The position numbers were made by a program, and so were the translations under genes. Below, one piece after another: positions 1 to 10,504 of a DNA stretch of 64,000 nucleotides (the stretch's first letter is position 1; each line of letters opens with the position of its first letter). Source of the DNA: a virus (lineage: Duplodnaviria; Caudoviricetes); the IMG/VR virus record IMGVR_UViG_3300032247_000689, positions 1 through 64,000 of that record; one strand, 5' to 3'. Below the pieces are notes generated by a model. It had not been told where the DNA came from and did not search any database. It worked only from the letters and a program-made list of their open reading frames with translations.

Positions 1-6
1 AATGCT

Positions 7-1569
7 TTGGCTAAACGCGGTATTGCAACTAACTCAATGGATACAACCAACGCTCTTGCTATGGCACAAAGCTTAGGTTTATCAGGAGCAACTAATTTTA
101 ATCAAGTAATGCAGGGTGCAGCTGTAGCATCTACCTTTGCCCCAGGTCTTGGTGTAGCAGGTGCTACTCAAGCTATGGGTACATTAAATGCACCAAGCAC
201 AGTTAACATGCTTCGTACAGTAGGCATCAGTATAAGAGGTATGGATGGCGCCGTAAAGCCTCTACCTCAAATTGCAGATGAACTATGGAGGTTCATCACT
301 CAAGGTGGAACTGTGGGTCTTTCTGAAAGAGATGTACAGATAAGCTTAATGCCAGGTAATGGGTTATATGGAATGCTCACCAGCCTTGTTGGCCAAGACC
401 CAACTACTTTTACTTTACTTTCTAACATGCTCATTGCAAAAGCAAAGACTGGCGGCAAAACCGCACTTGCTAATATGAGTAAAGGACAACTACAGCAGAT
501 GGGCTTAACAACAGCTACTGTAAATAAAATGGCTGGACAAACAGCTGCTCAAACAAATCTTTTAACAACCACAGCTAGCGCAACAGCCGCGGGTTATGGC
601 CTATCTGCAGATATTGGTTCTGCTCTTAATAACTTTGCTGCAGCCGCAGGCCCTCTTACACAAGCTCTTGGCGCTTTCTCTGGAGCTTACACAGGAACTA
701 TGGGTCTTGGAAATGGCGCGCTGGGTAGCTTAGTAAAAACTATTACCAGCCTATTCTCTTTAAAGTTCTTAGCAGGAGGCGGACCTGCTGAAGGTAATAT
801 GCCTTACGTTGTTGGTGAAAAAGGACCAGAGCTTTTTGTTCCTAAAACAGACGGAACTGTTGTTTCTAACTCTGACATGAAGGGAATGTTTAGAGAAAAA
901 ACTGGTGGAGTATCTTCCTACGGTTATTCTGGCGGTAAGAAATCTCTTAGTGATGACCAGTTAAAGAATGTATTATCTGCCGCAGGTTTTAAAGGTTCTT
1001 CATTAGAAACAGCGTTTGCAGTTGCTAGGGCTGAGTCAGGCGGACGACCTGGCGCATTAAATCCGACCGCTGCTACAGGCGATTACTCTATGGGCTTATT
1101 TCAGATTAATATGATTGGTGATTTAGGAACAAAGCGTAACGCGGAGTATTTAAAGAAGTATGGCGCAATGGGATACAAGGGGCCGCAAAGCCTTTATGAC
1201 CCAACAATAAATGCGGCAATTGCTTATGACATATCTAAAGGCGGGTCTGACTTCACTAAAGCTTGGGTAAACACATCTAAAAAGCTTGGATTAGCTGGCT
1301 CTCCTGGGGGCTCAGGTTCTTCAGGCGGCGCAAATATAACTTCATCTCTATCGTCCTCTGCATCAACAATAAGTTATTCAGATAAAATTCAAGGATTGAT
1401 TGCTGCGGCATCTGGCGCAATGGGGATGTCCGCGGGTAGTTCAAATACTTATAATAACGGCCCACTTACAATTAATATTAACGGGGCAGGTGACCCTAAA
1501 AAAGTTGCTGCAGAAGTACAAAAAGTTCTTGCATCTAATAATCTTATTTTGCAGACTGGGGCTAAATAA
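7..1569 (+). CDS. Tape measure protein, C-terminal part (5' end probably outside window), with lytic transglycosylase/lysozyme-like domain
   Basis: Ala/Gly-rich helical sequence; AGGGP..PYVVGEKGPELFVP tape-measure motif; AESGG...SMGLFQIN SLT-like motif; upstream of baseplate genes. Confidence 0.85.
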   Translation: MAKRGIATNSMDTTNALAMAQSLGLSGATNFNQVMQGAAVASTFAPGLGVAGATQAMGTLNAPSTVNMLRTVGISIRGMDGAVKPLPQIADELWRFITQGGTVGLSERDVQISLMPGNGLYGMLTSLVGQDPTTFTLLSNMLIAKAKTGGKTALANMSKGQLQQMGLTTATVNKMAGQTAAQTNLLTTTASATAAGYGLSADIGSALNNFAAAAGPLTQALGAFSGAYTGTMGLGNGALGSLVKTITSLFSLKFLAGGGPAEGNMPYVVGEKGPELFVPKTDGTVVSNSDMKGMFREKTGGVSSYGYSGGKKSLSDDQLKNVLSAAGFKGSSLETAFAVARAESGGRPGALNPTAATGDYSMGLFQINMIGDLGTKRNAEYLKKYGAMGYKGPQSLYDPTINAAIAYDISKGGSDFTKAWVNTSKKLGLAGSPGGSGSSGGANITSSLSSSASTISYSDKIQGLIAAASGAMGMSAGSSNTYNNGPLTININGAGDPKKVAAEVQKVLASNNLILQTGAK

Positions 1570-2705
1570 TGGCAAATAAAACAACACGCTCTACAGGTGC
1601 TGCTAAAAATCCTTACGGGGTAAGTCCATTAGGAAAAGTTGAATATGCTATTGGTCGTTTTTTAAAAAGGTCAATCCTTGGAACATTTACTGGGCTTAAA
1701 ACTGGAGCTACTGGCGTTGTTAATATTCCTACTCAAACTTATAACGTTACACACCCAATCGTTACTAGTGGCCATTTAACACCTGTTCCATTACAGATTC
1801 GTCAAGAAAAACCATCCTCTAGTAGAAATGGCAGCGGTGGGGCTGGTGGAGCTGGCGGTTCAGGCGGAACTCTTCCAGTAAGAGCTACCCCTTCAAATGT
1901 TAAATTTAATTTACCTCCGCACCAATGGAGTATCCCTGTCAATCAACGAGTTCTTAATAATCACAATAATGAGGTAGCTGATTACTTTGCGGGGTTTGAG
2001 CATGGACTTAGACGCGCTGTAATGTGGTGCTACGGCTATGGAGCTATTGATAACAATAGCTATACTTGGCAAGGAAGCCCACTAAGCTCAGCTTCTTCCC
2101 CAGCTGCAACGGGAGCAACCAGCCCATTAGATACAAACTGGGGATTTCAATTCTTATGGAACCCTGAGTCTATTGGTAATGCTTTAAGTAGAAACGCAAA
2201 CTTTACGCCAACTGCTGTAGACAAGCTTGCTAATCTGTTTGGGCTTTTTACAGCAATGGAAGCGGTTAGCTTTAAGATTGTTATTGATAGAGTTAATGAT
2301 TTTGCTTGTATAAAATCAAACACTGATTATCAAACTATAGCAACTTACTACAGCGCAAACGGGTACCCAAGCAACCCTGAAGACACGGTAGAGCAACTTA
2401 AAAACTTATCTAAACTTGGAACTATGTCTGACATTGAATATATTTATAAGATGATTAATGGAGAAGGGACTAATGGAAGTGTGTGGAAAAACGCACTAGG
2501 ACGACAGACTGCTGACCTTGGGTTTTTAGCACCCACTGCTGTTGCTATACAATTTGGACCAAACCCAGATAGCCTTTCATATGTAGGGTATGTAGACGGC
2601 ATTACTATTACTCATAATATGTTTACAGAAGATATGATTCCAATTCATTCAGAGGTTAACGTAAACTTTGTAGCGTTTGCTCGTACATCGTTATCTCAGA
2701 AATAA
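1569..2705 (+). CDS. Tail/baseplate-associated protein (tube-initiator-like)
   Basis: Position after tape measure; GFQFLWNPESI and YVGYVDGITITHNMF motifs resemble contractile-tail tube-fold proteins. Confidence 0.55.
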   Translation: MANKTTRSTGAAKNPYGVSPLGKVEYAIGRFLKRSILGTFTGLKTGATGVVNIPTQTYNVTHPIVTSGHLTPVPLQIRQEKPSSSRNGSGGAGGAGGSGGTLPVRATPSNVKFNLPPHQWSIPVNQRVLNNHNNEVADYFAGFEHGLRRAVMWCYGYGAIDNNSYTWQGSPLSSASSPAATGATSPLDTNWGFQFLWNPESIGNALSRNANFTPTAVDKLANLFGLFTAMEAVSFKIVIDRVNDFACIKSNTDYQTIATYYSANGYPSNPEDTVEQLKNLSKLGTMSDIEYIYKMINGEGTNGSVWKNALGRQTADLGFLAPTAVAIQFGPNPDSLSYVGYVDGITITHNMFTEDMIPIHSEVNVNFVAFARTSLSQK

Positions 2706-2713
2706 GGTTAAAG

Positions 2714-2995
2714 ATGACTATATATAAAGGTTCTCGTTATGAGTACTCCACCGTTGACTACGTCTCCACTACATTAAACGGTTCTGAAAATCCAATTGTA
2801 TTTTATTATTTAAGTTCATTTTCTAATGTTTCATACTACGAACACACCTATGTTACAGGTGAACGGTTAGACCAAATTGCTACTAAGTACTATAAGAACC
2901 CTGGATACTGGTGGATTATCCCTGAGTTTAATCCACAGATTGTTGACTTCACTAATATTCCAGATGGAACTGTGATTAAGGTGCCACGTGTTTAA
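2714..2995 (+). CDS. LysM-like baseplate protein (P2 gpX-like)
   Basis: GERLDQIATKYY..PGYWWII...N...IPDGTVIKVP. Confidence 0.75.
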   Translation: MTIYKGSRYEYSTVDYVSTTLNGSENPIVFYYLSSFSNVSYYEHTYVTGERLDQIATKYYKNPGYWWIIPEFNPQIVDFTNIPDGTVIKVPRV

Positions 2996-4331
2996 TTACG
3001 TAAAAGTTGAGTTTCCAGACAGTTCGGTAGGACCTGCTTTTGTTTATAACTTAACCCTGCACCAAAATAGATATCACCATGAAATGGCTGTTATGCAATT
3101 TCGTGATTGGAACGTAGAATACGATGCGGTATCTAACGGGTCTCCTATTTCTTTTACTATTGATGATGGAAACAATAAAAAAGACTTTAGGGGGTATGTG
3201 CATAAAGTAATCCCCGACCAAACCCCAAGCCATAATATGACAACAGTAATCGCGGCAAGCGCGTCCTATGTTATGAAAAGCCCATCTCAAACTGTATATA
3301 GAAACCTATCCGCAGATGGATTAGTTGAAGAGATATGTAATAAATATAGATTTAATGCTTTTACAATCCCTCACCCAAGAGTCTATCCACAGATATCTCA
3401 AGCGGGGCACACTGATTGGGAGATAATGGTTCAAGTTGCTAAAGAAGCTGGTTGCACACTACGAACTGAAGGGACGGAAGTTTATTTTCAACCAGTGTTG
3501 GAAGATTATACAAATAAAAGAGCTGAGGCTCCAAGGTTTGCTATGAGGGACGCAAGCCATCCAAGCGGTTCTACTATTTATTCTTTTGATGCAGGCATTA
3601 GCGAAGCAGAAGAACACGATGGGGACGTTAAAGCGGCAATTGCGGTATCAGGCTTTGATTCCATTACTAAAACCCCTATCTCTATAACCCAACAAGTTCG
3701 TTCAAAGAAAACAAAAACTAAATCAAAACCAGAGTTCTTTGATAAGTTTGCTACTAATATTGTTGCCCCAGACCCAGCTGTGGCAAAATACGAAGCAGAA
3801 GCGGCCGAACAGCGCGCGTCTTTTCCGTACAGGGCTACAGTTGTTGTTTTAGGCCACGCGGGAGTTCGCCCAGATTTGCCTGTTTATTTAGACGGTGTTG
3901 GAGATTATTCAGGGTACTGGACAGTGTTAGGTACTGAACATTTGGTTGAAGAAGAGCACCGTAATACTTTTATGTATACAACTAAACTTTACGTAGGAAC
4001 AGACTCTTTAGGAAGCGCTGCTAGGTGGAAAGATGGAAAACAAATTACAAATCCAGACGCTTCACCAGCAAGAACTTTAATACCTGGGGTTCGACAGACT
4101 AATACTCCTCCATCCAGCCGTGTTATAAAAACTGCAGCTAATATTGGACCTCAATCAAAAGGCTCTTTTAATGCGGCAACAAATAGACCCAAAGCTTCCG
4201 TAAATAACCGTACAGTTAGCGCACCTAAATGGGTAGCGGCAACCCCTACCCCTAAAAAGATTACGCAACCTGTGGAGAAGACACAAGATTTTCCTAAACG
4301 TCTATTGTCAAAAGTGAGTAAAAACATATGA
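2988..4331 (+). CDS. Baseplate hub protein (gpD/gp27-like)
   Basis: ISQAGHTDWEIM motif, YSGYWTV C-terminal motif, synteny. Confidence 0.7.
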   Translation: MFNYVKVEFPDSSVGPAFVYNLTLHQNRYHHEMAVMQFRDWNVEYDAVSNGSPISFTIDDGNNKKDFRGYVHKVIPDQTPSHNMTTVIAASASYVMKSPSQTVYRNLSADGLVEEICNKYRFNAFTIPHPRVYPQISQAGHTDWEIMVQVAKEAGCTLRTEGTEVYFQPVLEDYTNKRAEAPRFAMRDASHPSGSTIYSFDAGISEAEEHDGDVKAAIAVSGFDSITKTPISITQQVRSKKTKTKSKPEFFDKFATNIVAPDPAVAKYEAEAAEQRASFPYRATVVVLGHAGVRPDLPVYLDGVGDYSGYWTVLGTEHLVEEEHRNTFMYTTKLYVGTDSLGSAARWKDGKQITNPDASPARTLIPGVRQTNTPPSSRVIKTAANIGPQSKGSFNAATNRPKASVNNRTVSAPKWVAATPTPKKITQPVEKTQDFPKRLLSKVSKNI

Positions 4332-4861
4332 AGTACTTCTACGGCATATACGAAGGGCTCTGCACCAATAATGAAGACCCTGATAAAGAAAATAAGATTA
4401 AGCTACAGGTCCCTCAAATACTAGGCACTGAAGAGACGGAATGGGCAAAGCCTTGTCTACCCGTAACGGACAATGCCAATCACCCTGACCATAAAAAGCA
4501 TTTAGCGTCCGAGGTAGCAGCTTTGTTACAAGCTCATGCAACCCACGCAACCCACACAGGCACTATCACTTCATCCTCAAGCCTTAGCGGGCCTAGCGCT
4601 CATACCCACACCGTAACCCTTTCACTGGCGCATGATGCCCACACTAATAATCATGCGGGTAAAACGCCAGATAGTACCTACTATCTAGACCACCCTCATG
4701 AGGATACAATGGATACCTTAGATAAAGACGGTTCTGAAGACGGTAACCCTGCGGCAGAACACACCTATCACCGAACAGTTCCCAACGTGGGCCAGAAGGT
4801 GTGGGTTATGTTTATTGGCGGAAACCCTAACTTTCCTGTATGGATGGGAGTACAGATATGA
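4328..4861 (+). CDS. Baseplate spike, gp5/VgrG OB-fold, with His-rich insertion
   Basis: YGIYEG..N.DP...KIKLQVP...WAKPC and P.VGQKVWVMFIGGNPNFPVWMG. Confidence 0.75.
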   Translation: MKYFYGIYEGLCTNNEDPDKENKIKLQVPQILGTEETEWAKPCLPVTDNANHPDHKKHLASEVAALLQAHATHATHTGTITSSSSLSGPSAHTHTVTLSLAHDAHTNNHAGKTPDSTYYLDHPHEDTMDTLDKDGSEDGNPAAEHTYHRTVPNVGQKVWVMFIGGNPNFPVWMGVQI

Positions 4862-5268
4862 GTAAAGCAATATCTCTTCCTTTTTCTTTTGATACTGAAG
4901 GTCGTATTAGCAACACCACAGACCTATCTAAGATTCTTCAAGACCGAATTGTGCTTGGAATTATGACTCTTCTTGGTGAACGAGTAATGCGCCCAAACTT
5001 TGGGACATACGCTCGTAGGTCTGTTTTTGAGAATACAAACGCCGCTATTACTTTAGTTAAACAAGAAGTCTCCACAGGGTTCTCAAATCAATTTCCTTAT
5101 CTACATTTAATTAGCGTTGATGCTGTTGTAGATGTAGATAATTACTTAAATATTACTGTTAATTATAAGTATGGGTCTTCTGCAAATGTTGAGACCGTAA
5201 CAGTTAAAACAGCTACCCTTACCCAATCTGGCAGCATAATCACGGAGGTTCCATATGGCCAGCAATAA
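4858..5268 (+). CDS. Baseplate wedge gp25-like protein
   Basis: AISLPF...TLLGERVMRPNFG; ATG at 4858 overlaps upstream stop. Confidence 0.85.
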   Translation: MSKAISLPFSFDTEGRISNTTDLSKILQDRIVLGIMTLLGERVMRPNFGTYARRSVFENTNAAITLVKQEVSTGFSNQFPYLHLISVDAVVDVDNYLNITVNYKYGSSANVETVTVKTATLTQSGSIITEVPYGQQ

Positions 5269-7000
5269 CTATGTACCGTCTGTTGACTATTCGTCTAGAG
5301 ATTATGCGTCAATCCTTGCGGATATGACAACTCTTATTCCTAACTTCTCCCCATCATGGACTAACCGTGACACAGCGGACTTTGGAATGACACTCCTTGA
5401 GCTCTTTTCTTATATGGGCGACATCCTTAATTATTACATTGACCGCGCTGCAAATGAATCTTTTATTACTACTGCTACTCAACGTCAGAGTGTTTTAGAA
5501 TTAGCAAAGATGTTAGGGTATACCCCAACAGATGCTGCAGCAGCTACTGTTACTCTTACTTTTCAAAACTCAACAGGTTCAGATATTACGTTGCCTGTTT
5601 TAACGCAGGTAGCAACTTCTTTAGTAGCTAATTCTACAACTGCCCAAGTTGTGTTTGAAACAGACTCTGCGGTTACAGTACCAGCAAAAGCAGGTGCAAT
5701 TAATGGTTCTGCAACCGTAAATGCAACTCAGGGCGAGACCATCTCTAATGAAATTATTGGAGTCTCTGATGGGACTTCAAGCCAAACGTTTGCGTTATTT
5801 AATAAATCGGTAATTAGCAATTCAATTAAAATTACCGTAGGTGGGGTTAACTATGAACAGGTTCAATACCTTATTGACGCAAGTAGTTACTCTCCTGTAT
5901 TTTCTACAATTACAGATGCGGAAGACGTTACATATATAACATTTGGTGATTCTGTATCAGGCCGTATCCCACCAAATGGGGCTCAAATCTACGCTACATA
6001 CCGCGTAGGCGGCGGAGTCATTGGAAACGTTGCGTCTAACAATATTAAATATGTAATCAATGTGCCTGGTGGGACAATCCCAGCAGGTATTACAGTAGCA
6101 AACCAAGACATTAGCGTTTCTGGTGACGGGGCCGCAACTGGGGGAGCTGAGGCAGAAACTACAGATTCTATTCGTATCAATGCCCCTCTTAGCGTTCGTT
6201 CTATTAATCGCGCCGTATCTTTAAGCGATTATTCATATCTTGCTGTACAAGTTGCTGGGGTATCTAAAGCAATTTCTACCGCTGACGTTTACACATCGGT
6301 GACCGTTTATTTAGCTCCTGTAGGAGACCCTGGGGTAGCAGCCGATAACGTTACTCCAACTACTGTGTTTAATAACGTTGCTACTAAGGTGCTTGATTAT
6401 CTGATTGATAAAGCACCTGCAAACACAACAGTTACATTCCAACCTCCTAAATATGTAGGAGTAAAACTAGAAGTAGCTATTACAGTTGCCCCTCAGTACC
6501 GTCAGTCAGCGGTTACAAACACTGTTAAATTAGCTTTAACAAACCTATTTGCTTATGACAACGTTGTGTTTAATGACAGCATTTACATCTCTGACGTATA
6601 CAACGCAATTAACTCCGTAGAAGGTATTGCTAATCAACGTATCATTAAGCTGGTACGTACAGATGAAGACCAGACTTACACAATCAATAATAAGTCCCTT
6701 ACTTCTAACGTGGCAACACTTACAACGTCAGTGAACCACACTTTAACTGTAGGCCAAACACTTTCTATAACAGGGGTTGACACCACATTTAACGGAACAT
6801 ACGTAGTTACAGGGGTAACCTCTAACACCTTCTCCTATGCTTTGGTTGGGGTAAACGTTCCATCCGCATCGGCTTCAGGCTCTGCAACAGCGCTAAATAT
6901 TAAAGACATTGTCTGCGCTACTAATGAGATTCCTACAATCTATGAACTACCAAATATTGGAAGTTTGACTGTAGACGCAAGTGGGGGAATCCTTAACTAA
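5255..7000 (+). CDS. Baseplate J-like wedge protein
   Basis: DYSSRDY, DFGMTLLELFSY, FGD...GRIPP, ATGGAEAET..SIR..AP, RAVSLSDY. Confidence 0.9.
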   Translation: MASNNYVPSVDYSSRDYASILADMTTLIPNFSPSWTNRDTADFGMTLLELFSYMGDILNYYIDRAANESFITTATQRQSVLELAKMLGYTPTDAAAATVTLTFQNSTGSDITLPVLTQVATSLVANSTTAQVVFETDSAVTVPAKAGAINGSATVNATQGETISNEIIGVSDGTSSQTFALFNKSVISNSIKITVGGVNYEQVQYLIDASSYSPVFSTITDAEDVTYITFGDSVSGRIPPNGAQIYATYRVGGGVIGNVASNNIKYVINVPGGTIPAGITVANQDISVSGDGAATGGAEAETTDSIRINAPLSVRSINRAVSLSDYSYLAVQVAGVSKAISTADVYTSVTVYLAPVGDPGVAADNVTPTTVFNNVATKVLDYLIDKAPANTTVTFQPPKYVGVKLEVAITVAPQYRQSAVTNTVKLALTNLFAYDNVVFNDSIYISDVYNAINSVEGIANQRIIKLVRTDEDQTYTINNKSLTSNVATLTTSVNHTLTVGQTLSITGVDTTFNGTYVVTGVTSNTFSYALVGVNVPSASASGSATALNIKDIVCATNEIPTIYELPNIGSLTVDASGGILN

Positions 7001-9525
7001 TGTCACGCTACGGCATTGATTACTATGGGCTGGGTTATTACGGTTCTGATAACCCAGTAACATTTGACGCAAACCCTTTTAGGGCTACGCCCGCATACCA
7101 AGGAAGAATACAACTTACTTGGTCTGACCCCACGGGTAACTGGTCGCGTTTAGTAGTCGTGCGCAATCCGTATGGGTATCCGCTTGACCCGTGGGATGGA
7201 ACACAGGTTGTTTCTGTATACAACGGGTTTGACCCGCTTAACTACATAGACTCTGGCCTGGTGCAGGGTCAGTATTACTATTACTCTATCTTTGTATTTA
7301 GCTTGGTTCAATATAACTGGGTAACCGCGGGTAAAGCTTTAGCGCTATCAGTAAAAGACTGCGGCAACTCTAAGCGTTTATATGATTACCTACCAAGCAT
7401 TTATAAGATTACACAGCCCTACTCAGCTACTACAGATGATTGGGAAAACCCAGACCTATACGCGTTCTTAAGTAACTTTGGTTTTGAATTAGATTATGAG
7501 CAAACTATGACAGATTTGCTCAGAGATAAGTACAACACTCAAAAGGTCAACGGCAAGCTTATCCCAACTATGATGAATCAGTTTGGGCAAACTTACGAGC
7601 CTGCTATTGGCCTGCAGCAGAACCGTCGTTTATTACGAGATGCTGTAACCCTTACAAAGCAAAAAGGCTCTAAAGAAGGGCTAGTGGGGTTCATTAAAGA
7701 CTTTACAAGCTGGGCAATCCCATCTTCTATTGCTGAAACTCCAAACCCAAGCGTTAACGGAATAACTGTTAGCCATAACATGATGCTTGACTATAACGAC
7801 TCTTCATTTGAACAAAGTACTGGGCATTGGATATCTACTGACGGCACTGCCCAGATAGATAATCTACAGGTATTAAAGATTAAACAATTACAGCTTACAT
7901 CTAACGTAGCTACCCTTTACATTGGCGTACATAACTATGACGTTGGAAACCAAATCTTTGTCAGTGGATTACAGCTCCCACTGTTTAATAGCTTAACTGC
8001 ATATACATTAACAGCCACAGACCAAATAGCTGGAACTGTTAGCTTCTCTCTTACTGGCTTTAATGTAGCTCTTACATCTGGTTATAACGCCGCAACTGGT
8101 GCGTACGGATTAATCACACCTAGTCCATCTCCATGGGTAGAGCCAACCGCGCCTGTTTTATTTCCAAACAAAGCTACTGGCACAATGGCGCTTTATAACT
8201 CCTCATCTAGTTCTCAAACAATTAATGCGTTTGTAGGAGACGACGACCCAATTAACAAAGGTATCCCTGTCACGGCTGGATTATCTTACTCCTTTAGCGT
8301 CTATGCGTCTAAGGGAGCGGTTACCGCTAGAACAGTAACTTCAAAGATTAAATGGTTTAACCGTTTTGGCGTCTTTATCTCTACATCTTCTGGGACAGGG
8401 GTATCGGATAACACGGCTTTTTTTAGCAACAGTTATCGTCCATCTGTAACCGCATCAGCTCCAACAGGGGCGTACTACGCATGCCCTGGTGTTTCTATTG
8501 CATCTGTTGGTGGGTCTAGTACTAACGAACATCACTACTTTGATGCCGCACAGTTTGAGCAATCCGCATCAGTTACAGACTTTGACGAAGCGCGCCAACT
8601 ACACATTACACTCAGAGCCAATAGAATCAACGAATTAGTAAATCCAAGTTTTGTATCCCCAACCACACCTTGGACATTAACTCAAGGCTCTTCATCTACA
8701 ATCAATACAATTCTTGAACCTAACGCTGAACTCTTTACAATTACAGCGGGAGTTATCTCGGGCGGAACAGCGACTATCACTTTAAACCTAGTGCACTCAT
8801 ACCCAGTGGGCTCTCAAGTGGTTATCTCAGGAGTCACAGGCACTAATGCGTCAAACTACAATGGCGTTAGAACTATTACTGCGATAACAGCTAATTCTTT
8901 CTCGTACATAGTTTCTGCATCTAATTCTTCTATTTCATCAGGCTCTGTATATGCATCTGCATCTGCGTATCAGATAACAGCAAGCGGTAATGCGGTAAAA
9001 CTTGACTCATGGAACGGCTCTACTAACTCTCAACTAATGGGTATCTACTATCCTAATACTTCTTACACCTTTAGCATCTATGCGCAGTCTGTTACCGCAC
9101 CTGAACCAGTGACCGCTGTTATCAAGTGGTACAACACTTCTCATTCTTTAATCAGCTCTAGTACAGGAGATGCTGTTACAACATCTACTACGGCATGGGT
9201 ACGCCCTTATGTAATTGCAGAAGCCCCAGCAACGGCAGCCTACGCTAGCGTAGAACTTCAATGGGCTACCACAAGCGGTCATAAGTTAAATGTAGACCTA
9301 GGATTATTTGAGAACGCTGGCCAGGTTCTAGATTACTTTGATGGAAGTTCAGGCCCTGGAGCTGTATACGACCTATTGTGGGAAGGTAACTCAGCTAACG
9401 CTGGACGTAGCCACCTCTACCATAACCGCTTTGCTACACAGACTAGACTTATTGGCGCTACCTTAGACGAGCAGCTTACTCTTGGCTCTACCGCTGCAAT
9501 TTACCTAGCACAGCCAAATACGTAG
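7000..9525 (+). CDS. Baseplate wedge/tail protein with carbohydrate-binding-like domains
   Basis: LYDYLPSIY...KGS..G P2 gpI-like region; NPSF/FDAAQFE CBM-like repeats; YFDGS C-terminal motif. Confidence 0.7.
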   Translation: MSRYGIDYYGLGYYGSDNPVTFDANPFRATPAYQGRIQLTWSDPTGNWSRLVVVRNPYGYPLDPWDGTQVVSVYNGFDPLNYIDSGLVQGQYYYYSIFVFSLVQYNWVTAGKALALSVKDCGNSKRLYDYLPSIYKITQPYSATTDDWENPDLYAFLSNFGFELDYEQTMTDLLRDKYNTQKVNGKLIPTMMNQFGQTYEPAIGLQQNRRLLRDAVTLTKQKGSKEGLVGFIKDFTSWAIPSSIAETPNPSVNGITVSHNMMLDYNDSSFEQSTGHWISTDGTAQIDNLQVLKIKQLQLTSNVATLYIGVHNYDVGNQIFVSGLQLPLFNSLTAYTLTATDQIAGTVSFSLTGFNVALTSGYNAATGAYGLITPSPSPWVEPTAPVLFPNKATGTMALYNSSSSSQTINAFVGDDDPINKGIPVTAGLSYSFSVYASKGAVTARTVTSKIKWFNRFGVFISTSSGTGVSDNTAFFSNSYRPSVTASAPTGAYYACPGVSIASVGGSSTNEHHYFDAAQFEQSASVTDFDEARQLHITLRANRINELVNPSFVSPTTPWTLTQGSSSTINTILEPNAELFTITAGVISGGTATITLNLVHSYPVGSQVVISGVTGTNASNYNGVRTITAITANSFSYIVSASNSSISSGSVYASASAYQITASGNAVKLDSWNGSTNSQLMGIYYPNTSYTFSIYAQSVTAPEPVTAVIKWYNTSHSLISSSTGDAVTTSTTAWVRPYVIAEAPATAAYASVELQWATTSGHKLNVDLGLFENAGQVLDYFDGSSGPGAVYDLLWEGNSANAGRSHLYHNRFATQTRLIGATLDEQLTLGSTAAIYLAQPNT

Positions 9526-9537
9526 TACTATACGGCT

Positions 9538-9810
9538 ATGTCTAACGTACTTATAGTTGCCTTTGCTGCCTCTTTTATCTTGGCGCTTCTTGAACCTATT
9601 ACAAGTTTTATATCTATATTCATCACCCCTAAGGCGGTAAACGCTTTCTTCTCCGTAAGTTTAAGCTATCTAGGCTTATATCTTATAGGTGGCGGGTCTG
9701 TAAAGCATTTGATTATTGAATCCTTAGCGGCTTCATTCCTTGCCCGCACCGCTTTAACTATTGCAGAACGCGCTTCAACATACCGCTGGGCTTCAATTAA
9801 ACAATCGTAA
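9538..9810 (+). CDS. Small membrane protein (leaderless)
   Basis: About three hydrophobic segments; TACTAT 6 nt before ATG. Confidence 0.6.
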   Translation: MSNVLIVAFAASFILALLEPITSFISIFITPKAVNAFFSVSLSYLGLYLIGGGSVKHLIIESLAASFLARTALTIAERASTYRWASIKQS

Positions 9811-9850
9811 ACCCTTGTGCTAGCGTAGGCCTCCCCTAACAGGAGGTCCT

Positions 9851-10504
9851 ATGGACAAATACTATGTAATAGTTGCTGGGCAAGGAAGCACCAGCCGCGC
9901 AAACGTAGAGGCGCTAATTGAAGACTACGTATATGCAAATGGAAACGATGTTGTATTTATCTTTGCTTATGAAAAGAAACCAACATCAGGACAGGCGTTC
10001 ATCAGTCAGTGGGCAAAAGACAAAACAAAAGATGTAGTTATCTTTGCGCACCCCGACGCAAGTTATGAAAGCCTATCGGCTGCAACAGTGAATGAAAGTA
10101 AAGAACCGTTTAGAGACGCGGTATCGTTCTTAGATAAAGAAGATAAAGCAGTCGGCTTTATTCTATGGAGTGACGATGACCAAAAGTCTAACGACATCGT
10201 TGCTATCTTTAATGACCGCGGGGTTAAGTGCTATGACCTAACCGATGGGTTAAACATCATTAACTCCCAGCTTGTCTCTGAAGTCGCACCTGTCATCCCT
10301 GAGGCAGAGCAGATTGATGAAGAAGACGAAGATGATGAAGACGAAGAAGAAGATGTTTTTGAAGAGCTTGAGGAGCTGCTTGAAGATGAAGACGAGGATG
10401 AAGCTTTTGAAGACCTTTACTTTGGCATGCAGTCGTTCATCAAGGCGATAGCCCGAGAGATAGCCAAGGAGCTTCAAAAGCCTTCCAAGGGGCCTCAGGC
10501 GTGA
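9851..10504 (+). CDS. Hypothetical protein, Rossmann/SLOG-like N-terminus plus acidic tract
   Basis: Strong SD AGGAGG; VIVAGQG; long D/E run. Confidence 0.5.
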   Translation: MDKYYVIVAGQGSTSRANVEALIEDYVYANGNDVVFIFAYEKKPTSGQAFISQWAKDKTKDVVIFAHPDASYESLSAATVNESKEPFRDAVSFLDKEDKAVGFILWSDDDQKSNDIVAIFNDRGVKCYDLTDGLNIINSQLVSEVAPVIPEAEQIDEEDEDDEDEEEDVFEELEELLEDEDEDEAFEDLYFGMQSFIKAIAREIAKELQKPSKGPQA

